From contig CM106585.1 of NCBI GenBank assembly GCA_048013815.1, positions 434,001-498,000 of the forward strand: DNA of 64,000 nucleotides. Reading direction: 5' to 3'. This document shows positions 27,333-38,402 of this stretch, one piece after another. The DNA is from Setoptus koraiensis (taxonomy: Eukaryota; Animalia; Arthropoda). Both the position numbers and the translations under genes were made by a program. How positions within the stretch are numbered: position 1 is the first letter of the stretch; each line of letters begins with the position of its first letter. A model generated the notes under the pieces. The model did not search any database, had not been told where the DNA came from, and saw only the letters and a program-made list of their open reading frames with translations.

Positions 27333-28984
27333 CACATACTGTGTTTAATAGACAGGGCCAACTCTTTATCCGACAACTATGCTGCGCGTATAAACAATAG
27401 AGCTGGATAGACATTAGTCTGTTAGTCGTAGGGACACAACAGCAGCGTGTGTTTTCGAAATAGACAACAATAATAATCAAACGAATAGCTGCTGGCTGCT
27501 TGGTGTGGCCATAAAAGTAGCCACGCCATTTGAAAATTCACCAGATCTTATAGGCGCTCGCTCATACGAGCCGCTTAATGTTGCAATGGCAACTAGATTC
27601 AGTTTGGTCTCATAACCATAGAATGACTCATACAACCTTTGCAGTGATCGAGATATCACAAAGTTGCATTGATCAGATAGAAGATTTTAACGGTGCGTGT
27701 GTGTATTACAATCATTGTGTTGTTGTTGTTGTTGCTGCTGTTGCTGTTGCAACGAATAGAGAGTCAGGGACGACAATCAAAAGGGAGAGAGAAAATCTAT
27801 TTCAGGTATGTGTAATGCATTGTTGGCCGGCCAGAGGCAAGAATAATCGCGCCGGCTAGACCCAGCATGAATGAATTAATGTGCTAACTTTGGCGCTTCA
27901 ATTCTAAATATGATATAGAGTGCAAGCGCCACTCGTGGGCCAACCGGCTCTCGCACGACCGCTATCAATACAATAAATATGCCTATAATGTCTTGGCTTG
28001 GCCAACCTATTCATACCTTGTGCACCATTGTGACATAGTGTTGCTCTATAATAGTTGATCATCATTTATATCGAGTTTGTTTACCTCAAAGATAGCCAGC
28101 AGCGCTGCTGACATTTGGTTTGGGTATACTGGGCACCTTTATTCGCCTTTGTTGTATACTCACTGTGGCACACAATATATAGGCATATTTGTGGGGCATC
28201 ATAGATGTATCATAGATTGAAACGCTACTCTTTTGCATGAATGTGCGCGATTCTCTAAATGATGACCACGCTATATGACCATATATATGACTATATTTGA
28301 CTATGTGACTATTTAACTGGCTGTGTCATAAGTGGTGAGTAAGTGCCAACTGTATTTCGGTTCAGTCCCGTTGGCTCATTTCAGTCCATTTAGTAGCTAG
28401 AGTGTGTCTACACGTACGATTGTTACTCGGCTGCGTTTGTTGCACTGCCACTAATAGTCGCTTGTAGATATATAGGCCAAATGACAATTCTTTTCTATGC
28501 AAATAGTGCTTGCCATTACACACACACACACACACACCATCACCACAATATCATTCAGTATGCAAACCAGCAAACATATACTACCTGGTGTGCGTTTCCG
28601 TATAATCGTTTGAAAACTAGATAGAAACAGGAACAGATAGAGCGAAAGCATATATATGCTGCAGTCATATGTATATGCGGCAATATGATTGCCCATTTAG
28701 ATATGCCCAATCCCCTAGCGACAATTCATTGGTCGGATAAAAGTATCGTAGTGACAAATAGTTGAATTTATATACTCACCGACACAGACACTCGAAACAA
28801 CAGACAGCTTAGGCCTGTCAATTAAATATTCATACATCACAATTATGTATTAATGTGTCACATTAGATTTAGTGATGGTCGTCTACTGCAGTCACACACT
28901 GCGCCTCAGTGAGCCACCAATGAATGGGACAAAAATACAATATCCTCGCCAGCTTTCATTATCATAACTTGCGTACTATTTTTT

Positions 28985-29040
28985 GTTTGTTTGTTCATTT
29001 GTTTGTTTGTTTGCTTGTTTGTTTGTTTGTTTGTTTGTTT
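28985..29040. repeat. Imperfect (GTTT)n microsatellite
   Basis: Direct reading. Confidence 0.9.
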
Positions 29041-30354
29041 GGCTGTCTGCCTGTCTGGCTGTCACGTAAGAGTAACGGTAATCGTATCAGTAATGATAGT
29101 GTAATGGCCTACACTAGTATACTTTTAGTGGCTAGCAATAAACACAAGACATATTGCATTATGTATCGGAACAATTGCTCGAAAGAGTAGTGTTTACCTT
29201 TGTTGGTTGATGGCTTCATAGACATATCACGCGCATTTAGATGGATTCAAAAGTTGTAGCTAGTATCTCTAAATTAGACGCATAGCATTGATATAACAGC
29301 AATCAATCATCAATTCTATCATTAGTCTAGATGACGAATCTAAACAGATCAAACGCATCAAGGTCACGCGATATGTCTGGGCGCTCATCGTTGTTGACTT
29401 TGTTGACTAAATACAATTGTATTGAGCCCAATAAAGATTGTTGAAGGTGCGCGATTTCAACGACAATGACACCATTCGACTGACTCACTGAGATTTGTAC
29501 AAATGCTAGTGTATCAGACATATCACTTCAAACATTTTAACAACAAACAACTTAGGCCGTTCCGATTGAAACAAGGAAACTGCTCTGCTTCAGCATGCTT
29601 GCCTTTTGCAAAAATCTCTAAGCTCTGAGCTCAAACGTCTAGCGCAATGATCGAAAGGCAACTTGCGATGATCGTTGCATCAAACAGACAAGTGGACAGC
29701 AACTTTGTAACAACAATGTCGCTCTCAATCAAACAAATAATATAACACACGTTTTCACTTTAGTTGTTGTTTGTTTGCCTCAATCATTTTGATTTCCCCG
29801 TCACAAAAACATCTACAAAATAAAATATCTATCAAGAACCTTGTTCTCACTTACAAGCAGCTAGCAGTTTGTTCTTGTGATTTGTAAGTTATAACATGGC
29901 AAATATTGAATTAATGCATTGGATAAAACATAGAAAAAAAAACGATAGTGTAGGCGTTCGAGCTATTACAACAACAATGTCTTATGCATCGTTATCGCCT
30001 ACTCATCAAACTATATTTCTCTTGTTGCAACTATCTGAGACACAGCAAACTGGATGCCTTGAGTCTGTAGTAGTTGTAGTTTATCATGATAGTAATGGCA
30101 TACACAACGATTTGTTAATTGTGCTATGTAACAATATAATATATTGGAAACAAACAATCTTGAGCCTTCCAGATGAGACGCCATCTGCTCATGGATCTAG
30201 TCCAGTTATTATCACACAATTCTTAATGTTTAACGTCGTCTGTAACAGAAACATAACATTCAGTTGATAGTAGTAACTGGCCGGACATTTCTCTGTTTTC
30301 AACATAGAAAATTTTCAGCAAAATAGTGAACACCAAAATACACTGTCCAACACA

Positions 30355-31227
30355 ATGCACGCTAGACAGCCAACAGCGAGACATCTTATCATAATAGGTT
30401 TGTTATGTGGTGTTTATTTTATTGGTCTTACACAGTCAGTGTCTAATTCCAATCTGAGATTGACAAAATTGAGAAGGATTGATTGTAGCAATAGTTTTCC
30501 CAAAAGAAGCGAAGATCTTCCTCAGGTTGTACTCCATGGCATTGTAAATGAGGTCTACATGACTGATAATGGAGCCGATTATAAGGCCTCAGTGAATGTC
30601 ACGCGAGTAATCAAGGGATCTGATGGTTTAGAAGGCACCACAATAATAGTTACAGGTTTCAATTCGTCGGCATTGGCTGGATCGCATGTGTGCCCATCCG
30701 ATGTAAAACCAAGGGACACGATGATTTATTTATTAGATCAAATGGGAGACAAGATATTCAGCTTGAACACCACGACAATATCAATGAATCTCAACAATTT
30801 AGATAAAATCAATGCATTGGCTTTGAAGGAGCCCTTCAAAAGACGCGGTCCATTCAGCGAGACTCCATGCGAGATCAAGTATTGTCCATTCAATGCCGAT
30901 TGCATAGAGTTAGATAATGAAGCCAAATGTGTTTGTCCGGTTAACTGTGAAAGCTCTCCAAAGTTTCCAGAGGTTTGCGGATCAAATAACAAAACTTATA
31001 GGTGAGCATAAAGTAACTATATACTTCTAATTGATCCTGCCTGTGTAGGGAGAACCTCTCAAATTGTACATCTGATCTTACTAATTATCTTTTATACCGT
31101 CTGCTTAATGTTCTTTGCATCAAAATCTCATCAACTAAACAATTAACAAAGCAATGAATGTTTCATGAGATCCGAGTCTTGCGTAAGAAAGGAACAAGTG
31201 TTTGTGAGACAAATAGGAAAATGCTAG
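30355..31227 (+). CDS. Short agrin-like secreted protein: signal peptide + NtA domain + one follistatin/Kazal module, ~240 aa, 2 exons
   Basis: Exons 30355-31001 and 31152-31227 (150-bp intron). NtA-like VVLHGIVNEV..YKASVNVTRVIKG..IIVTGF..CPSDVKPRDTMIYLL. Follistatin/Kazal CEIKYCPFNADC..AKCVCP..C..EVCGSNNKTYSNECFMRSESC..QIGKC, followed immediately by TAG. Confidence 0.8.
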
Positions 31228-31562
31228 AGCAGAATAAGATGACACTTGATACTACGTTCAAACCGGGTAATTCTATCAGCCTTTGCTGTATATTTTAGAT
31301 ATATCATTAAACACACATATATATATCTATATATCGATGATAATAATAATGGTAGTATAGTAATAATAATTGTAGTGATATCAATAATTCATCTAAATGT
31401 AATAATATTACATATTATATATGAACTAATTATTTTATGGGACAACAAGCCTTCAAACAAATCAAGTGGCACTGCACATTACTAATCCATTAATCCATTT
31501 GAGTGGTGACTATATACGAATGAACAACAGTTATCGCCACTTTTACTTTCTATTCTGTCTGC

Positions 31563-34106
31563 TTACGAGTATCTGCTATTTGAGAATGATGTTTTGCATA
31601 GATCACTAGTAGTGATTGGGTTGTCCACATCCTGATTTCTTTCATCTATGGTAGGTGGTCCCAAATTTTTTAACGGTGTTGATAATTCTGAATCGTTAAT
31701 AGGAGTATTCACAGTTCCCAAACGTCTGGGATTATTGATGGTGTCACCCGTGGCTTTTGCGAGATGTTGTGGTGTACCACCAATTGAAATATTTCGTTTA
31801 TCCGATTCTAATATCACAGGCTTTGATCCTTTTTTCAAGAAAGCACGCCTTTCACTCTCATAACGGAAATCAAATCTATTTCTCACTCGAAATTTTTGTG
31901 AGTTCTTTCTTTTGATACATGTCACAATATAAGTGATTACAGCACAAAGAAATAATAATACACCAACTATGACAATAGCCGTTAATGCAACTGGGCCAAG
32001 ATAGTCTGTGGTTTCTTCAATAAGTCTCATAAAATCTCCATCGTGTGTACTATTGCCCACTTCTGAAATTGTCGGTACTTTTGTTATTGTGCTGTTGCTA
32101 GCGTCCTTAGAAGGGTCTGAGGGTGGCGCTGGCAAGGTTGAGTTTTTCTCTGAGTTATCAGAGGGCGAAACTTTCGGAAGATCTATAATAGGCGTCATCA
32201 TATCGGTGTTGTTGCTCTTCGATGTGTTGTCAATATCTGTTCGCGGAGTAGACGGAGGTGCATCATTGAGCAAAGGAATCTTGCTAGAGACTATCTTCTC
32301 TTCAACCGGCTGATCATTTGTTCTATCTGTGGCTGGCAATGAAGATACGGTAACTTGAGTACCTGGATTAGGTATAATCGCCACTGATTGACATGAGCCG
32401 AGAAGGTTAAGTTCCATTTGGGGATTTTCCTCAGCAAGACTCTGTCTTGTAGTTGGATCTAATGATATCGAATAAGTGTTGCTATTGTCTCGTTGCTTCA
32501 TGGTACTGATATCCGTGAATCTCTTTAGTGAAGTTTTCAACATTTCAACAGGGCAATCTTGTTGCTGATGCAACGTAATATTGGACCATGTAATAGCTAA
32601 TTCACTGGAGCCTCCAGAGGATGACAGTGTCCAGTGATGCAACAATATATCCGACAACCGCATACTGACTGATTTGCCCGAAGAGCTACCACCATCAGTA
32701 GCTATTTTGTCTAGGATGTTTACCAATTGATGCAGACTTACTGGATACTGACTTTTTTGCCTATTGAGGTGACTTAAAGCAAACTCATGATTCAAGACTA
32801 AAGGTTTCTCCAGTTCTGCCACAGTGACTTTGATAATAAGTTCTGGTTTGGGTAAATCTCCTTTATCAGTAGTGGCAGCTAAGACAAAATCGTGACTGCC
32901 GATATTTTTGGACAAACTGGGCCAACCAGACAATTGCGAAGATGTATGGTTGTATGTGATCCAATCATTTTCCTCATCTATACTCTTTAGACTAGTTTCA
33001 TTCCTGTACAGACGTAACATATCTTTGTTGTTAATGGTCTGTAAAGTGGTAGGTGATATGGTGAAGCGCCAATATTTTCCTGCTGTTAATGTAAACTTTA
33101 ATGATGGAAGTGGTGAAATGAGAGGTTTTATTGTTGTTGTCACTGATTCAATTGTTGTTGTTGTCGGTCCTGCAGACATGGGTACAACCGCTGTGGGTGT
33201 ACTTTGTAATTGCATTGAAGGTTGAGGTGGTGGATCGCTTTGTGCATATGTGCGACTTGTTCTAGCCGAATCAATTAGTTGAGGTTTAGATACGGGTGCT
33301 GGATCAGTGTTGCTTGAAGTCACAATTGTTGAGGTAGCTGTGGTGGCCTGTGTCACATCATCCTGTCGTTGAGTATTAATACTACTACCAGAGGTAACTT
33401 GTGGTGTCAGGTTGGTTGGTACTGCAACCGTTTCTGACTTCATGGTGCCAACTGTAACATCCAAGACGCTGGATGGTGTCTGCGTAGAACCGATAGGTTC
33501 AGCAACGATAGGTATAGGAGTTGTTGTCTCCACTGGGGCAACTTTGACGATCGTAGAGCTTTCCCCAGTTTTTGTCACAAGAGAAGAAGGCGATTCTGTC
33601 GACGGCATAGCAGTTGGTGATGAATCTGTCAAAGGTATCATGCTGCTAGTTAGTGAGGTACTCTTTGTGGTAGTACTCTTAAGACTCGAATCTGTGTCCT
33701 GTAGACTAGTTGAGGCGACGTTTGAGGCTGGTGCAGTAATATCAGGCTGCTGTGTGCTTAGCTCTATCGGGTCCTCAGCATCCTCATTTGAACTATTTGC
33801 TGTAGAGGTATCAAGCTCATTGAGGTTTTTTGTAGAGGTGGTAGTTGTGGTCGTAGATGTTTCAGATTGTACACTAGTGGATGAATCTGTTGATGAAATA
33901 TTATTATTCGCATCAAGCGGTGAGCTAGTTGAACTGCTTGTCAGTTCACTAACTGAAGAACTAGAACTAGTGCTTGTGGCTTCAGGTGGACTATCTACAT
34001 TCCTTTTAACATTTTTGTTCAATAGAGGCGAACAATACGCGAGTTGAGATAGTATTAATAAGTTAAATAAGATTGCGAGGCTCATCCTTGGCAGTTTTTG
34101 GTTCAT
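31563..34106 (-). CDS. Dg: Dystroglycan-like type I membrane glycoprotein, ~847 aa, single exon
   Basis: Signal peptide from Met at 34106 or 34085 (the ORF track starts upstream at 34238). It has a long S/T/P mucin region, a cadherin-like CADG domain (AGKYWRFTISP..WITYNHTSSQLSGWP..HDFVLAAT), a DAG1/SEA-like segment (HEF..ITWSNITL..CP), a TM helix and a juxtamembrane KRK..RAFLKKGSKPVILESD resembling the dystroglycan ATFIKKGVPIIFADE motif. Confidence 0.75.
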   Translation of the reverse strand: MNQKLPRMSLAILFNLLILSQLAYCSPLLNKNVKRNVDSPPEATSTSSSSSVSELTSSSTSSPLDANNNISSTDSSTSVQSETSTTTTTTSTKNLNELDTSTANSSNEDAEDPIELSTQQPDITAPASNVASTSLQDTDSSLKSTTTKSTSLTSSMIPLTDSSPTAMPSTESPSSLVTKTGESSTIVKVAPVETTTPIPIVAEPIGSTQTPSSVLDVTVGTMKSETVAVPTNLTPQVTSGSSINTQRQDDVTQATTATSTIVTSSNTDPAPVSKPQLIDSARTSRTYAQSDPPPQPSMQLQSTPTAVVPMSAGPTTTTIESVTTTIKPLISPLPSLKFTLTAGKYWRFTISPTTLQTINNKDMLRLYRNETSLKSIDEENDWITYNHTSSQLSGWPSLSKNIGSHDFVLAATTDKGDLPKPELIIKVTVAELEKPLVLNHEFALSHLNRQKSQYPVSLHQLVNILDKIATDGGSSSGKSVSMRLSDILLHHWTLSSSGGSSELAITWSNITLHQQQDCPVEMLKTSLKRFTDISTMKQRDNSNTYSISLDPTTRQSLAEENPQMELNLLGSCQSVAIIPNPGTQVTVSSLPATDRTNDQPVEEKIVSSKIPLLNDAPPSTPRTDIDNTSKSNNTDMMTPIIDLPKVSPSDNSEKNSTLPAPPSDPSKDASNSTITKVPTISEVGNSTHDGDFMRLIEETTDYLGPVALTAIVIVGVLLFLCAVITYIVTCIKRKNSQKFRVRNRFDFRYESERRAFLKKGSKPVILESDKRNISIGGTPQHLAKATGDTINNPRRLGTVNTPINDSELSTPLKNLGPPTIDERNQDVDNPITTSDLCKTSFSNSRYS

Positions 34107-37100
34107 CGAGGTGACAAGACTACAGATGGTAAAGTTGCTATTAGAATCCTTCTTCTTTGATGGGCGCTCACCCAGAGAAACCATATTGGTAATACCTGTA
34201 GTATTGTCGTAGGAATAACAACAACAGCAACTGTACAAGCTATTAATATCCTCGTTCTTTGTCTTTCGCTGTCTCTCTCGACTAACTCTGACTTTCTCTG
34301 GCTGAAAAACAAAACAATAGTGAGAATCTCAGATCCGGAAGTGCCCAATTAACATGACCTCTTGTGTGAGAATTCTTTCGAGGTGGCGACAATGGAGAAA
34401 CTCATGATTGATTATTATTGTGAATACAATCTAATAACTAACTGGTGGCAAGAATTCTCCTCTCTATGCTGAGCTTTTTGTTTTTTTCAACATTCAATCA
34501 TTCCAGTGCGCACAATCTATCCAAGTGTGTTGTGCAACTGTATATTCAGAAATAAATAATAGATTGAAGCTGCTACTACTATTGCCTTGAAATTACAGTA
34601 GGCTACGAAGGTTAACGAAGTTGTTGTTGTTGATTTTGTTGTTTATGTTGGAGCTTATATGAGGAAAGGATCTACACAAGGTTAGGCAGCATCTCGAGAT
34701 ACAATATGGCTTAACATAACAAGGTGGTACGTGTTGGTATGTATAGTTCTAAGGAGCGCCAAATAATCACAACCACATAAGATATTGGTGATGTCTGATG
34801 TGTTTTTCGTGTTTTTGCGTCTTCGTTGTGCTGCTAATGTGTTTGTAGCTGCTGTTGGAATAAATTATAAGAATATTGTTATTGATATGTAAGTAGTTAA
34901 GTGTTTGGTCTGCTGCTGATAAGTGCATTCAATGCAATAATTGTGTGATGAAGAGAAAAGTTTGAAAGATGTTATGTCAAGTGGAAGGGATGTTAGTTGA
35001 ATGGATTTGACTAAGCAGTTGGTGATGATAGATAAACAGCAACCCTTTGTGAGCTACTAGACCAACTCTTAATAAAGTATTACTACGTAATAGTCCTGAA
35101 TAGTTAAGCAATAGTTGATGTATCTTGTTGATTATACATAATTATCAAGTGGATCTGAAATATCATATACATAAAAGTTTGTCATATAGATACATATTAT
35201 TATTAAAATACAACAATAAGACAAAAAACTTAACTGTCAAGATTCAGGTCTCATCTGGTGAATTTGCTGTCAGCGTTTGTTGCTGTTGTTGTAAGCGATT
35301 GATATGGCAGCAAGTAGAGTAAAAGAAAGTCAATTCAAAGTCAGCGATCAAGTGTAATTTGTTGATGTTTCTCTATTTCCAAGGCTCACGATGACGAAGA
35401 TGTCATCCTATTTCATAGTTGTTGTTGGCTTGCCAACTATTAACGAACTAAGATGCATGACTATCATTAAGAAATAGATGTATGTAAACTTTCTGTTGTG
35501 TATGAGGTTGACTTGCAAACTGAAAGTGAAAAAAAGTACTATAAAAATAAAAGAAGGAAATATATATAACTATATTTTGAGTATGTCTCTCGGTGTTTGT
35601 TGCTGCATTGTAAAAAAATAAACCATTATAAGCATGTGGGTGTTTGAATAGATTGATAGTGTTTTCTGCTTTATGCTGTTGCCATAACTACTCTAATAGT
35701 GCTCTATTACGTTGTCATCAATCCTAAGAGCCCATAAATAAACTCTAGTTGAATGATTAATGGCATTCATATGGCACCCGATCAATTGAAATGTTATGAT
35801 GATGATGGCGACTGTTTAGACACAGCACTCAGACATACATAAATAGAATTATACAAAATGTCTGTGACTATTATATCACTTCACTTATGGATGATATTGA
35901 TGATTGTGTAAATTGAAACGAAACTATTCTGATGATAAATACGCTTCTCTCTGACTGACTGTCTGTCGCTCTGTTGGGCGTCGCTAAACTAATGTGTCAC
36001 AATATTCAAATTGCATACTCTATACAGTAGAATTTTATCCAGTTCAACACTTATAGATTATGTAATATGGTAATAATAGTATTAATAATAATATGATATC
36101 AACAAGTTGATAATATACTAACCTAAATTTTATTTCCTTGGTGGTCCTCACAAGACAAAAACGACTGATTGTTACTTGTGTGGATGTGATAGCTTGAAGA
36201 AGTGGTGTGCTCACAAATGCAATAACACAACAAGAGCTCCAATGTTGACCACATGGCTATTGTATGTAAGTCGATCAGATAACATAATTTGTGTGTCTAT
36301 CATCTAATAATAAATGTCTCATTTCGTCGTAATAGTTGATAATCTCACAAGTGCGATAAGCCTGTTGCTTCTATTGTTGTCGTTGGTGTTGTTAGCTCTG
36401 CTTCCTTCGATAAAGTAATAGTGCATTGTGTCTATGCCTTCAAGAGTGCAGTGTGTAATAATAGATGAAGTTGTTATAGCTGGCAAACTTGAATATATAT
36501 TTATATCATGACATCAATAATAACAATGAATTTGTTACAAATCTGTGCACTGATTTACACCTGTTTTCATCAACTCTACTGTGTGTGTTGGTGGCCCACA
36601 CAGCATCCCTAAAAGAACTCACACACACACAACAGCTAATATATTTCTTCTACCTGCGCTTGTTGCTGCATCACATTTGTGCTGCCACAACCATCATGAT
36701 TGATACATAAATGCCATGGACGTGTCACATTTAACTCGTGCCATTCGCCTACCATTGTGAGCCGTTTTCTGACCATCTGCGCACTGCGCGGCGCAGTTTA
36801 AAAATTTGCGCCAAAGATTGTCACAAGACCGAGAACAGGTTCAACTTGTCAGCTTGATTAATATACCACAACTTTCTAATCACAGCTTGAGTTTAAAATT
36901 AATCAATACACTTTTCTCATGTATATATGCGTGTGTGAGTTCCGTCAAGTCGCAGTTGTTTTTAGAAATTATCATCACTGGAATTAATAATAGTACTTTA
37001 TTGTTTCTGTTGTATTCATTTAGATCATCAATTTTACTCGCTTTGAAATAACACTTTTGAGTTGTGAATAAAATTTAGTTGTTATTCGACAATGTCGATG

Positions 37101-38402
37101 CCATTCATCCACTTGACACCAACAGAATCATAACATTTTTAAAACATTACCAGCTATGTAACTTTTGTTTGTCCGCCGTACACACTTTGTTCACTCTCTC
37201 ACAAGTTGAGTTTCACAACAAAATTGATGATACATATCACCGAACACATTGTTACATATACATAATGTTACATTATTAATGTTTAATGATTTCCTTCGTC
37301 TGTGTTACGCAATAGTTGCCGCTCTCTCATGCACCAATTTGATAGCGAGTGTGCTTACGCAAGCACATTCAATTATTACCAATACTATAATAATAATTGT
37401 TATTGCACAATCACATCCATCTACACAACTTTCCATACTATCATCATATTTATCCCGCTTGTATCACGCATTCTACGCTCTTTCTCACTACATCATTAGT
37501 TGTCAGCTTTTGTTTATCGGCCCGCATAAACTTTTGAGTACATTACTAAATCACCATGTCTGGTCTAGTTGAACGCGCCAAAACGTTTGCCTGAGCTTAC
37601 CGCATTGACACGTCGACTTTTTTTAGATCACATTGAGTTCAACCTGACAGTGGTCATTGTCTGACCCTAATGAGTCATCAGCAACCATAAGTCACATCGA
37701 ACAAAGGCCGAAAAAGGAACTTGAAAAAACTTTGTGCTTTGAAACTGGCGCCACAATCCTGAAGAGCAACTAGAACACATGTGCCAATAAACAATCCATT
37801 CTAAATAACGATTTACTGCACTGCATTATTCAAAAGTAGCTACAGGAAACGTAGGTCGTCGCTTTCATCCATCCAACATTCTGCCGACAGAGACTTTGAT
37901 ATTATGCAATAACGAGACTAGATATTAAGCATCAAGATCCGCAAATAAGATAAGTCAGGATTCGGACATGCAATCATGTTGTCGGGCCGGGAGCGCGCCA
38001 CTCGCCTGCAGATTGCTCGAAACTTTTGATACATTCCAATATTCGATCAATGAGTATCCATTGCCGCACACCATGTAGATATATTATACAAGAACCTACA
38101 GCTCAACCTATTCTAGCTCAATAGATCATATTTCCAATATGCGTCTCAGTATGAAGTGAACAGATTTCACCGTTTCCAACAATCCCTCTCTATGATCTCA
38201 CAATTCGCCAGCGAAGCTTATTCGTAACAACGGTGAAAGAAAAATCATGTACCGAACAAAATTGGAGTTACCCGACTGATGAAATATTCTGACTGCTTTA
38301 TAACAACTACAAAAACTTAACTTGACAATACTTCATGCCACCAGTACATTATGTTGCCGATCATTTATCTTTCAACTGGGCCCAATATATTTGAATTCCG
38401 AA

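Noticed and set aside
31648-34047. Plus-strand ORFs antisense to dystroglycan
   Set aside because: In-register shadows of the S/T-rich coding strand.
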